A stretch of 64,000 nucleotides of DNA from the human T2T-CHM13v2.0 reference genome, Homo sapiens. Every line of letters starts with the position of its first letter. Position 1 is the stretch's first letter. This document shows, in pieces, positions 1-14,745 of this stretch. The position numbers and the translations under genes are program-made. The DNA lies in the NCBI RefSeq assembly GCF_009914755.1, contig NC_060931.1; one strand, 5' to 3'. A model generated the notes under the pieces. The model saw only the letters and a program-made list of their open reading frames with translations, was not told the DNA's origin and ran no database searches.

Positions 1-727
1 GACAAAGATCACTAAGCTCCTAGGTCATCTGGATTCCCATAGCAACAAGTGGTATACACTGTTTGCATTATTTGTTCAGAACTGATACTTTTCCTGATTT
101 ATTGGTCTGAAGCTTGATGCATATGGAGGCCTGAAAAATAAGGATGTGGCATACAGACAGGCTCTCCTGGTGTTATCAGGCATCTATGCATGTGATATGC
201 AGGGAGAATTTGGTGGATGGAACTTAAGCCGGTACCAGGGGGGCGGGGGAAGAGTTGGGAAAGGACGCCATCTGTGCCCATGATGACAAATGCCATCATG
301 GAGACTTCATTCGGGGTCCCTTTTATATATTTAGTGAAGCAGATTTTCCATTTCACACTTTCTAGATATATTTGTATTGCACAGATGTCAGGGAAATATC
401 ATGTGTGTGAAAGAAAAAAAAAAGATCAAAATTCACATCCATGGCCAGGGATTGTAATTCAATCATTTTGTCCTGAAATTGACATCCATTTAACGTGCAT
501 GGATGTTCCCTGCTTTTGCTTTTGCTTTGGGGGTTCAAGTCAGAGCAGTTTGAGAAACATAAATCTCAGCCCTACACATTGTTAAAATTCAGAGATCTAG
601 GTTAAGGGGGGAAAAGATGGGGAGAATAAAATTAAACATATAAGACCTTGCCATCAGTGCCGTCAGTACCAGAGCTGATGAAATCAATCAGCAAGTGATT
701 CCTCATCCTCTTTCCTGTAACACACAG

Positions 728-757
728 ATGAGCTGAAGAAACCACAGGACGCAGTCA
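728..757 (+). other. candidate 30-nt micro-exon of an unidentified host transcript
   Basis: Pyrimidine tract and ...acacacag acceptor ending at 727; donor TCA|gtaagt at 758-763; one open frame, (x)ELKKPQDAV, phase 1-1. Confidence 0.3.
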
Positions 758-1329
758 GTAAGTTTTTATCCTCAAAAGGACTTCTTTTTTTCTTTACCGT
801 TATTCATAATTCCTTGTGCCATCAAAACTTAAAACTACTTAATGACGTTTTCCCTCTATTTTGAATATAAATTATTTTTGTAGAAATGAGCTTTTTGAAA
901 TTGGAAAAAAAAATCGTTTTGAGGATTGTTGCCAGCTTTATTTCCCCCTGCCTACCCCCAGCATTGTCCTTGGTGTCCCCTCTACATGACCGGGCATAGG
1001 ACCTGCATATAAAGAGGATGATGATAAGGAAATAATTGGCATACAAATGGTACTGTGATATATGACATTTATAAAACCGCTCCCTGACTCCACATCCCCC
1101 ATGATGGATTTTCTGTTTCTTTTTAAAGAATATGCTTCAAAAAGGTTGTCCCACTGGCCTTCTTCACTCCCTCCATCTCAGCCTCTAAAGACATATTTTA
1201 TTGTGACGTATTTGATTTTGACAAACAGCACATTGAACATATATGAAATATATGAAGCAAAATATGACACACACCCACCATGCAGCCTGAGACCAGAAGA
1301 TCACCATCTTATTTGAAGCTACTTTTGTG

Positions 1330-2735
1330 TTTCTGCCACCTCTCACCTTTTGCCTGTCTTGAGAGCACCTCGATCAGGTATCAGTCACTCGTTCCTGTCA
1401 CTCCCCTCCCTGTTGTCATTAGGGTCACCAATGATCTCTACCTGGTGAAGTACAAGGGCACAGCTTTGCTGATCTGAGCAGCATTTCCCATGGGGCTGTG
1501 GGGGACCACTCTTTTCTTAAGCACCTGGCTTCTTCCAGGACACCAGATTCTCCTGGTGTTCCCGCAGCCTCTCTGGCTCTTCTCTCTCAGGCTCTTTGGA
1601 TGGCCCCTGAGTTTTTATCCCGATTGATCTCAACTGAATTTTGACCTTTAAATGCGGGTACGGGGATTCCCCAGGCCTTGGCTCTCAGACTTCTTCCCTT
1701 CTTACTTAAATTCCTTCTCTCAACACTGTCTTCATGCTCATGATTCCAAGTTTATTTCGTCAGCCCTGACTCATTCCCAGAACTCCAGACTTGAAAATGC
1801 AACCGCCCAGCATCTCCCTTTGAATGGCACGTTAGCTTAAAATTAACATGTGCAAAATACAACCCCCGATTTTTGCTCCCTAAACGTGCTTCTCTTCTGG
1901 TGTCCTCCATCTCTCTCAGGGACAACTCTGTCCTTTCAGTTGTTCAGGTCAAATACCTGTGAGTCCCTCTGACTTTTTTCTCACCCAGATCCAGCTTTCA
2001 ATAAATCTCTGTCCCTTCTCTCTCCCTCTCCATCCAGCACAGCCATCCCCGTCTAAGCGCTAGTAAGCTTTCCTAACTGGTTTTCTGTAGTCCTTGCCCA
2101 TCTGCAGTCTGTTCCCTATACAGCAGCCCAAACGAGCCTTTAAAAGTGGAAGTCTTCTCATTCATTCATTCATTCAACAAATACTGCCTAGACATCTGCT
2201 GTGTGCCAGGCATTGGTTTAGGTGCTGGGATGTAGCAGGATCACAGTGCAAAACAGTCACAAGTCCTTGTCCTCCTGGAGTGGACATTGTGTTACTTCTT
2301 TGACCATAGCCCTGTTCAGGATGAAACCCAAACTCCTTACTTTGCCTACAGGGCTTGCCTTGCCACTCTCCGAGTCCCCAGTTGTCCTTGCTCTTCCTAG
2401 AACGTGCCAGGTACAAATACTGTTCCCTTGACCTGGAGGGACGGTCCCCCAGCCACCTGCATCCTGACCCCCTTTATCAGATATCACACCCTCAGAAAGG
2501 CTTATTCTGACCACACACAATGTGCTCTCTTCCATCTGCTTGTTTGCTTGCTTTTTCTTCATACCACTTAGCACCACGCAATTTGTTACATAGTTTCTGC
2601 TTATGTGCTATTCTCTGTCTCCCCTTCTAACTTGTAATCTCCATTAGAGCAGGAACCTATTTGTTTACCCAGTGCCTGGAAAAGTGTCTGGAACATATTA
2701 GACACCACACTGAATGTTTGCTGACTGACCGAATG
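1330..2735 (+). mobile_element. L2 LINE remnant, with an antisense L2 3' end at ~2157-2270
   Basis: L2-like motifs (gtcaccaatgatctc, cagtgcctgg...aatgtttgctgactga 3' end); cattcattcattcaacaaata...tgtgccaggca in the opposite orientation; approximate limits. Confidence 0.65.
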
Positions 2736-2814
2736 ATGTAACAGGTGCTTTCCTTAACTGAAATCCAACCTCAGAACTTTCTCTATGTCCACATTATATT
2801 GGATAAATCCCCTC

Positions 2815-3133
2815 TATTTATTTATTTATTTGTTTTATTTTTTGAGACAGGGTTTCACTCTGTAACCGAGGCTTGAGTGCAGTGGCATGATCTTGGCTCA
2901 CTACAACCTCCGCCTCCCAGGCTCAAGTGATTTTTCTGCCTCAGCCTCCTGAGTAGCTGGGACTACAGGTGCACACCACCACACCCGGCTGATTTTTGTA
3001 TTTTGTGCAGAGATGGGTTTTCACCATGTTGGCCAGGCTGGTCTGGAACTCCTGGCCTCGAGTGATCTGCAAATCTGAGTGATCTGTAATCCCAAAGTGC
3101 TGGGATTACAGGTGTGAGCCACCACGCCTGGGC
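2815..3133 (-). mobile_element. Alu (AluJb/Sx-like)
   Basis: T-rich tail, then antisense Alu dimer gagacagggtttcactc...gagccaccacgcctgg. Confidence 0.95.
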
Positions 3134-3700
3134 AGATAAAACCCCCCTAAAAGCTGCTGGATTAGAGTTTAGATGATATTTTCAGGTCTCAGGATCCTCT
3201 GAGCATATATCTTCCCTTTTCCATGCACTATTTTTCCCTCCCCTACAAGGAGGTGGCTGGGGTTCTTCCTTCCTGCCTGGACATTTTGTTGGTCCTGAAC
3301 TTCCGTGTTTTTCTCCTGGCTGGTGTTCTCTAACAGTTAAAGAGAGTGGCTAGCTTGAGCTTGTCTTTGCTTCCTCAGCACCCAGCAAGTAGACCCGGCA
3401 ACTCAATTATTGTTGAGTTGAATCACTTAGTTGTTGTTATTGTTGCTGCCAGGACTTGATAAAAACTGTTCTTTGCTTCCTCTGGGCCACACTGACTTTG
3501 TCATCTTGAATGTGAGCCTGTCAGTCCTGTGTTCAAAGCTCTCAGGAGTGGCCAAAGTACGCACAATTCCCTAGGCTGGCATCGTCGGGCTGTAGGCCTT
3601 GGCCAGCTCATATCCCCATGCACTCTTTTGACCCTCTGTGGCAGCCAAGCAAATCATTTTCCCATTTCTCCCAACATGCTCTGTGCTTTTCCGTAGTTGT

Positions 3701-3797
3701 GTAAACATACAGTGATATGTAAACATATAGTGATATGTAAAATCACTATATTATACATATAGTGATATTTTATATATCACTATATGTATAATAAATG
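3701..3797. repeat. AT-rich tandem/inverted repeat mosaic with a 20-bp perfect hairpin
   Basis: 18-bp tandem copies at 3701-3718 and 3719-3736; arms 3749-3768 and 3774-3793 are exact reverse complements. Confidence 0.9.
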
Positions 3798-6700
3798 ATG
3801 CTATTTTCTGCTCTTAGACTCCCCATCCCTCTGTAAATGTAACCATTTTTAAGATCTAACTTAAACCTTACCTCCTAGCAGAGTCCATCACTCAGTTTCC
3901 TAATAGGATATGATTTATCTCCCTACAGAATTCTCCTGGAATGAGTATCATTATTTGCTTATTCTTCACTCTCCTGTCTTTCAGCCTCCCTACTAAATGC
4001 TGAGCTCCTCTAGGTTAAGGGCTTGTCACACTTCTCTTAGTATTCCTGAAACTACTTGCCTCAGTATCTGCCTCAGCAGGTACTTCTTTCTCCGAATGTG
4101 AAATGAGCTCAAGGAACAACCTAAGAGTTGAGAAGGTCTGCATTTCGTTGCTTCTAGAATGCTATACGCCATGTTGTGTCCACAAAATGCGTACCCCAAA
4201 GGTAAGTAGAAAGTTAGAAGAGGTGCACTCCACAAGGACAGATTTTTATTTGTTTGTTGATTCTTCAAGGACAAAGAACAGTGCTCTTCACTCAGTAACC
4301 ATTTGAAGAATGAATGAAGTACATAGCTGGCATCTTAAATTTCTAATACCCTTGTTCTATAAATGAGCAAAGCCGAGGACTGCAGAGCTTTCCCAGGTTC
4401 ACAAGGTCAGAAGTAGAGCCCAGTTTTCTGCAGCGTGAATCCTGTCTTTCTCCTGATCTCCACCCCTGCCATGAATAGTGTCAGACCGGAGCGAGAATTG
4501 TCCCAGTAACTCTTTCCAGGTGATGCTCACTAGTGTTACTTTCTTACCAATATCTGAGGAGCTTCCTTCTTTAGGCAAGGTCTAATTTTTAGGTCATCTG
4601 AAAGAAGCAAGAGTAGAAATTGCAGAATTTCAAAGGACTCAGAGACCCAGAAAGGGGGGTTTATTGGCAGTGCTCCTCTCCTGCTTTAGAAACAACTTTT
4701 AACAGCAAGTAGCAAACTTTTTGATGAGACCTCTCTCATAAGAACTTTGCAAGCACTATCCATCCTGTTGTCGCAATAAAGTAAAATTTATCTTTCTTAG
4801 AAACATACATTCAGATCATGGTGTGACATCCTTGAGAAAAATAGCGGAAATTCACAAATTGTTATTTTCTCCTTTCTCCCAGGAAAGGAAAAAAATATCA
4901 CTATATGTATAATAAATGTTAAGCTTCGAGATTCTAAAGAGAAATTTGACCAAGGGACTACTAAATCACAAATCTAAAAATAAGTCCTATATATCTATAC
5001 ACAAATATGTATAAAACTACATACACATAACATATATAAACACATGCATATAATTTTTAAAATTCTGGTTATTTTCAAATCATTTTCCGTTGCTTATTTA
5101 TTCCGAAAACATTTCTTGAGCTATTATGTGAAAAGCATTTCGGTTCTTTTGTGTGTGAGATTTTTCCATCTAGACAAAAATCTGCTTATGGTTAAAGGTG
5201 AAAATGTCCAAAGACAAAGCAGAATTAAATCCCTCCCATGCAGAAACATCTAATTTGAGAAGGCAAAATGAAAAAGTTGTAGCCTTTAAGGGTGATTATT
5301 TTATTTTTTGCACTATTCATGGAGCATCTATTTTGTACCAGACGCTGGGCTGGGGGCCATTACCACGATGAATGAATCCACAGCACATTTCTTGTCTTTA
5401 CAGAGTGAGCTCCTCAATTTTACAATATTGCTTCCGGAGGAGCTACTCACAGTTCGGTCATTAAACAGAACATTGCCCTTGTCAGGAGCTTAGAAATCAT
5501 CGTGACATTCTTGGCTTAAACTTAATTTTACCAAAACTGAGTGTACCTGCCGTTGACCTTGGGTCCCTTAGGGCCAAGGCACTAGGTCTGCTTGCCGAGA
5601 GACCACTGCTGTAGGAACATGCTCTCCTGTGACCCTGCGCTTTGACATAAGTTGCCTTTTTCCAGGGGATCCAGAGAGTCTTCTGGAGCAGGGAGCACTT
5701 TCTGTCTAAATATTGCATATGGACTTTAATGAAAAGCTGTGTCCTTGCCCATCTGCAGTCTTTGCCCATTCTGAGGTTCAGATTTGGCCTGAAAGTCAAG
5801 TTTCTGTGGTTTTTGCCTGGTCAGGACCCAGGCAGAGTGAATGATCTGGCTTGGTGCACATAATTAGCAGGTGGATGAGGCCAGGGTGGCAGATGTTTCC
5901 AGACCACACTGGACATGAGCCCCAGCCCTCTTGCCTGCCTGATGCTGTGGAATAGTGGTACCATAGCCCTTCCAACCGGGTGGGCTGTGGGCTGGGAGTG
6001 GAGGCTGGAAGACCAGGCCCTCCTCTCCAGAAGTCTGTGTCCTGCTCTCAGTTAAACGGCACATATTGTCTTATTCTAGAATGTGTTTTAGTTTCTTGGA
6101 GAAAGTGTTTAATGAACCATTTAAGCTATATAGAGAAAGTTGAGAGATTATGGCAAGAGAGAGAAAACAAATCTAAACCCAAATTGTATCTACAGGTGTG
6201 GGAGTGATTGGGGGTGGGTAGGAACTGAAGGGAAGCATCAAGCTCTAAGATAGAAAACCTTCATTCTGTGCTCCTGACTCCGTCCTTTTTCAAGTGTTCA
6301 TTTGTGTCTACTAAACGATGTAATCGACGCACTATTTTTATAGAAACATGAAACTTTGTGGTAGATATTTTTTTCTTCACTGTTAGAACTCCTGCCTTTG
6401 AAATTTCATTTTAGAGGCAAAAGAGAGTGAACGGCTTTGCTTTTACATTTAGCACATGTTGGTATAAATTCGCAAATAGCTTTTGAGGGATCCAGATATT
6501 TTATTTTTCAAATCTGTTTTTTCAAAGTGCTATTAGCAGGTGGAACTCATGACTTCAGGCAATTTTCAGGCAATGAGCTCAGTGAGATTTGAAAATTAGC
6601 TAAGCCATTTGTAGATTCATAGAATGCTGTCTGGATAAGGAACCTAAGCCATGGTCCCATTCAACCCACTCATTTTCCACACAGTGAAACACGTTGTGAG

Positions 6701-7121
6701 CACACATCTCCCAGGACCACAGAACTTATATTTGTTAAACCTGAAAGAGGAACCTGTCTCTGAGCTTGGGGCCTCATGCTCTGCAGCACTTTTTGCTAGC
6801 TCTTTTCAGGGGCTGTCCTCAGGGTGCAGGCTGGTGGCATCAACGATCGAGGTGCAAAGTCAGTGCTGGGATAGGGGACTGGGAGTAGCCAGGAGCTTAC
6901 CCTGGTTGTGCCTTATCTTCAAGCCAATTATTAACAGTATTGCTAGTTCTTCACATTTTTCTAAGCAAACCAAAAGATTGTGTTTTTAAGATAAATTTTA
7001 TAATTTTAAGATTTTTTTTCTCACTCAACTTAATGATTTTACAATACTCAGTGGGCCAAACCAAGTATAACTGTAAGTCTCCAATTTGCAACCTCTGCTG
7101 TAGGAAAACTGTGTTTTCAAG

Positions 7122-7468
7122 ATGCCTTAGTTTGGGGTGTTATACCAAATACCATAGACTGAGTGACTTATAAACAACAGAAATTTATTTCTTACAGTTG
7201 TGGAGGCTGGAAATCCAACCCAGTGTGGTCGGGTTCTGTAAGAGCCCCCTTCTGGGTTGCAGGCTGCTGACTCCTTGCACCCTCGCTTGGTGGAAAGAGG
7301 GCTAGGGAGCATTCTGGGGCCTCTTTTATAAGGGAACTAATGCCATTCATGAGGGCTCCAGCCTCATGACCTATTACCTTCAAAGGCTCCTCCTCCAAGT
7401 ATCATCACACTGGGAGTTAGGATTCCAACATGCGAATTTGAGGGGTGCAAACATTCAGTCTCTAACAG
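7122..7468 (-). mobile_element. MaLR solo LTR (MLT1A-like)
   Basis: ccttagtttggggtgttataccaaataccatagactg...agaaatttatttcttacagt...aacattcagtctctaaca, the reverse of the MLT1A consensus. Confidence 0.85.
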
Positions 7469-7656
7469 AGGATTTCTATGAATGGAAAAAGACCATGATC
7501 ATGGCTTCGAATAACTAAAATCTGAATGTGGCAGAGGGGCTTGGCACCTCCTGACTTGCTCTGAGTCCAGAATGAAAAGTAGCGGGTAGAAGATTTTGAT
7601 TCAATAACAATATATATTTTCTATTACTCAGACTTATTCAAGAAGAGTGAGGCATT

Positions 7657-8091
<435 letters not shown>

Positions 8092-8539
8092 TCAGTCTAA
8101 GCTCAAGGAGACCTTGCTTTCTAACCTGGCTTTGTAGTCATCCTGAAAACCTCCAACTGCCTTAACATGCCATGGGAAATGGTCCAAAAGCTTTGGGGGA
8201 CAAAATCCATGTAAATGCAAGGCGTGCGTGTATATGAGTTTGTTCTCACTTTTTTTTTTTTTTTTTTTTTTGGTTTTTACTCACCACTGTACTGACGAGG
8301 ATCACTTTCCTATTTAAATGAAACCCTACCAGCTTGAGTCTCCTTGGATTCTTAGGGATTGCTCCTTCCCTTTTATAATTGTTCTATTTTCTCTTGTCCA
8401 TAAAGCATTGTGCAAACCTTCTTCATCATCTATATCTCTTCCCCACCACTAGAAAAATTCCTCTCTTTACTTGATTTTTGCTACAACACCTTAGAAATGT
8501 TATTTTTAAAATATAACACATATATATCATTGTCTAAAG

Positions 8540-8747
8540 CAAGGGTCTGCAAGCTGAATTGGCTGGCCTTCTGTTTTCATAGATAAGGTTTTATTAGAAC
8601 ACAGTCATGCCAGTCATTTACATTGTGCTTAAAGCTACTGCCATGCTATAATGGCAGAGCTGACTAGTTAAGACAGAGACCATTAGACCCACAAAACCTT
8701 AAATGTTTACTAACTAGCCCTTTAAGAAAAAATTGACCTAACTGCTG
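8540..8747 (+). mobile_element. MER58A (hAT-Charlie MITE)
   Basis: ataaggttttattagaacacagtcatgcc...atggcagagctga...tttactaactagcccttta, typical of MER58A. Confidence 0.8.
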
Positions 8748-9423
8748 ATTTATATGAAAACAAGTATACAGGTATACCTTGTTTTATTGCATTTCACTTT
8801 ATTGCACTTCCATAGATACTGCATTTTTCTTACAAATTGAAGATTTGGGCAACCCTGAGTCCAGCAAGTCTATCGGTGCCATTTTTTCCAACAGCATGTG
8901 CTCACTTAGTTTCCTTGTGTCACATTTTGGTAATTCTTATAATATTTTAAGCTTCTTTATTATGATATCTGTTATGGTGATCTCTGATCAGTGATCTTTG
9001 ATGTTACTAATGTAATTGCTTTGGGACATCATGAACTGCACACATATAACATGGCGAACTCAATCAATAACTGTGGTGTGTGTTCTGACTCTTCCACCCA
9101 TTGGCCATGCCCTCATCCTTCTTCCTTGCCTCGGGCCACCCTATTCCCTGAGACACAACAATATGGAAATTAGGCCAATAAATAACTTTACAACAGCCTT
9201 TAAGTGTTCAAGTGGAAGGGAGAGTCTCATGTCTCTCACTTGATATCAAAAGCTAGAAATGATCAAGCTTAGTGAGGACGGCATGTCAAAAGCCGAGACA
9301 AGTCAAAAGCTAAGCCTCTTGCACCAAACAGTTAGCCAAGTTGTTAATACAAAGGAAAAGTTCTTGGAGGAAATTAAAAGTGCTACTCCAATGAACTCCT
9401 GAATGATAAGAAAACAAACAGCT

Positions 9424-9728
<305 letters not shown>

Positions 9729-10064
9729 GGAAAACAAACAGCCTTCTTGCTGATATAAAGAAAGTTTTCATGGTTTTGGATAGAGGATCAAACCAGCCAC
9801 ACAGCATTCCTTTAAGCTAAAGCTTAATCCAGAGCAAGTCCCTAATTCTCTCCAATTCTATGAAGGCTGAGAGACATGAGCAAGCTGCAGAAGAAAAGTC
9901 TGAAGCTAGCAGAAGTTGGTTCATTAGGTTTAAGGAAAGACACTATCTTCAAACATAAAAGTACAAGATGAAGCAACAAGTGCTGATGGAGAAGCTGCAG
10001 CAAATTGTCCAGAAGATCCAGGTAAGATCATTGATGAAGGTGGCTACATTAAAAATTGATTTTC

Positions 10065-10383
<319 letters not shown>

Positions 10384-11902
10384 TAAAACAACCTTCTATT
10401 GGAAAAAGTTGCCATGTAGGATTTTCATAGCTAGAGAGAAGTCAGTGCCTGGCTTCAAATCTTCAAAAAATACATTGACTTGCTTGTTAGGGGCTAATGC
10501 AGCTGGTGACTAAGTTGAAGCCAATGCCCATTTACCATATGAAAAATCCTAGGGCCCTTAAGAATTATGCTAAATCTATTTTGCCTGTGCTCTGTAAATG
10601 GAACAATGAAGCTTGAATGGCAGCACATCTGTTTATAGCATGGTCTACTAAATATTTAAACCCACTTAGAAAAAAGATTCCATTCAAAATATTACTGCTC
10701 ATTGACAATGCACTTGGTCACCCAAGAGCACTGGTGAAGATATACAAGGAGGTGAATGTTGTTTTCATGCCTGCCAAGATAACACATTCTGCAGCCCATG
10801 GATCTAGGAGTAATATTGACTTTCAAGTCTTATTATTTAAGAAATACATTTCTTGATGCTATAGCTGCTGTAGACAGTGATTCTTCTGCTGGATCTGGGT
10901 AGAGTCCATTGAAAACCTTCTGGAAAGGATTCACCATTTTAGATGCCATTAAGAACACTTGAGGTTCATGAGAAGAGGTCAGAATATCAACATTAACAGG
11001 ACTTTGGAAGACATTGGTTGCAACCCTCATGGATGATTTTGAAGGGTTCAATACCTCAGTGGAGGAAGTCACTGCAGATGGAATGGAAATAACAACAGAA
11101 CTAGAATTGGAAATGGAGCATGATGATGTGACTGATTGCTGCAATATCATGATAAAATTTTAACAGATGAGGAGTTGCTTCTTATGGATGAGCAAGGAAA
11201 GTGATTTCTTGAGATGAAATCTATTCCTGGTGAAGATACTGTGAACATTGTTGAAATGACAACGAAGGATTTAGAATATTACATAAACATAGTTGATAAA
11301 GCAGCAGCAGGGTTTAAGAGGATTGACTCCAATTTTGAAAGAAGTTCTATTATGGGTAAAATGCTATCAAACAGCATCACATGCTACAGAGAAATCTTTT
11401 GTGAAAGGAAGATTCAGTTGATGGGGCAGACTTCATTGTCTTATTCTAAGAAATTACCACGGTCACCCAACCTTCAGTAACCACCACCCTGATCAGTCAG
11501 CAGCCATCAACACTGAGGCAAGACACTCCACCAGCAAAAAGATTATGACTTACTGAAGGCCCAGATAGATAATTGTTTGCATTTCTTAGCATATTTTTGA
11601 AATTAAGGTGTGTGTATTATTTTTCTAGACATAATGCTATTGCACTGCTAATAGACTACAGTATAGTGTAAACATAACTTTTATGTGCACCAGAAAAGCA
11701 AAAAATTTGTATGATCCATTTTGTTGAGATAGTCACTTTATTGCAGTGGTCTGGAACTGAACCTGCAATATCTCTGAGGTATGCTTATATTAAATAGGTA
11801 ATTGAAAAACAAAAACAAAACGGATAAAGGACAAAATAACCATCTGTAATGCAATGACTAGCTGGACAAACCACTGGTGTCTTAATTTCCTCTAACCGTA
11901 TA

Positions 11903-12230
11903 CAGTTGTCCCTTGGTATCCATGGGGGATTAGTTCCAGGACCTCCTGTGAATACCAAAATCCACAGATGCTCAAGTCGCTGGTATACGATGGTGTGGTA
12001 CCTGCCCATAAGCTACATACATCCTCCTGTATACTTCAAATCATCTCAAGATTACTTATAATACCTAATACAATGTGCATGCTATGTAAATAGGGGTTAT
12101 ATTGTTTAGGGAGTAATGACAAGAAAAAGTCTGTACATGTTCATATAGATGCAGTTTTTTCTCAAATATTTTCAATCTGCAGTTGGTTGAATCTACAAAT
12201 GCAGAACTTTTAGATTAGAAAGGCTGATTG
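11903..12230 (+). mobile_element. MER2 (Tigger2-derived MITE)
   Basis: TA|cagttgtcccttggtatccatgggggattagttccagg...aggctgattg|TA. Confidence 0.92.
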
Positions 12231-12397
12231 TATACATTGCAATATGAAATCACACCATAAATACAATTTTTTTTAAGCTTTGACTTACATAATTCTAGGT
12301 GTGATTTTAAGCACTCAAAAACACCTATGTTCATTTAGCAATATATTAGATGCATTTTCTTCTCAGAGATTTTTTGACATTGTATAAGTGTATATTA

Positions 12398-13467
<1,070 letters not shown>

Positions 13468-14700
13468 TTAATCCTTCCAAGTTTGTGTGAAAAGTATTAT
13501 TAACTTCAGTCTACAGATGGGAGTACTGAGACCTGAAGTGTTTCTATGGCTTGACCAGCTCACACTGCTGGGCTTTCCAATGACCAACCCTGCATTTTCA
13601 GCCTTTCACTTATTACTGGGCACTGAAGTTAAATGTACCTTTGTTTTGTTTTTTGAGAGGAGTGGATGTTAGAAACATTGAATTGATTAATACAGTGTAT
13701 ACAAATCATTGACTGCATTTTTTTGGTATTTCCATAGAAATGATTCTCAAAAGCAGAACTGATGAATCAAAAGGTACACTGGGGTTTCCTCAAACATACT
13801 GAAGAATGTGGCTTTTCAGGAAAGTTGTAACAACATATATTGTATTCCAACCCTCTATGAAGGTGCCAGACTCCAACTTGTCAGTGCTCAGCGCTATGAT
13901 TTAAACCCTTTTAGTTTTGCTCTTTTGCCAAAGGAAGAGGGATACTGGAGGTGGGCTCTTTGCAGGTAGGTGCAGCCAGGTGACTCCTGAGAGTGGCATC
14001 TGGGAAAGATGTTGTTTTCCTGATCAGGAGGGACATTTTCAGTTGGCACAAGTGTTCACCCTTTGTCCTTCTGTCTCCTCCTGCTGTCTTATGACCGAGG
14101 ATTGAAAGCTGCATGCTGAGGACTCCACATGGAGGGAAAGGTGGCCTGGGGGCCTGGGTTACAAGGGCATCGAGTGGGGAAAATACCCAGTTTAGTGAAA
14201 CCTCTGTTGTTAGGTTCAGATGCAAAGGCAAATGCAATCCTATCCACTCTATTTTCTCTGACTCTTAGTGAAAGGATCATGTTTGTATCTCATTTTCTGC
14301 AAATTCTCTGTACTGGGACTTTGCATCTCCACACAGCCCCTCACAGCGCCCCCCCGCCCCAAGTAAGGTTTTGGTGTTTCTCTTGCCAATTTGAATTAAG
14401 TCTATATATTATAGATGTTAACTATCATTTTTGATGCAGTTTAAGATGTGTCTTTTAATTTTATTTGTGATGACCTATTGGTTAAAATAATGATCTTCAG
14501 ATGTCTCCATCAAAAAGTACAATTTGTCTTCACACTTACTAATAGGGACAAATTCCTATTCCCCAATAACCTTGCACTTAATTGTCGTATCATCGAATGG
14601 ATCGCCCCTAAATCTACATTGGGGGTTGCAAAATGGTAACTTTACAATCATATGATTCCCTTCACATTCATTAGTGGTCATTCTTCTGTGAACAAGAGTT

Positions 14701-14745
14701 TCCTTCTCTCTCTCTCTTTCTCTCTTTCTCTCTCTCCCTTCCTCC
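14701..14745. repeat. (TC)n / polypyrimidine microsatellite
   Basis: tctctctctctttctctctttctctctctccc. Confidence 0.85.

Noticed and set aside
4198-4207. Strong donor aag|gtaagt (similar isolated donors at ~52131 on + and ~23550 on -)
   Set aside because: No convincing partner acceptor or open frame; such motifs occur by chance in 64 kb.
10617-11480. Domesticated Tigger transposase (TIGD-like gene)
   Set aside because: The frame is broken by stops, frameshifts and two Alu insertions, so this is a fossil transposon.
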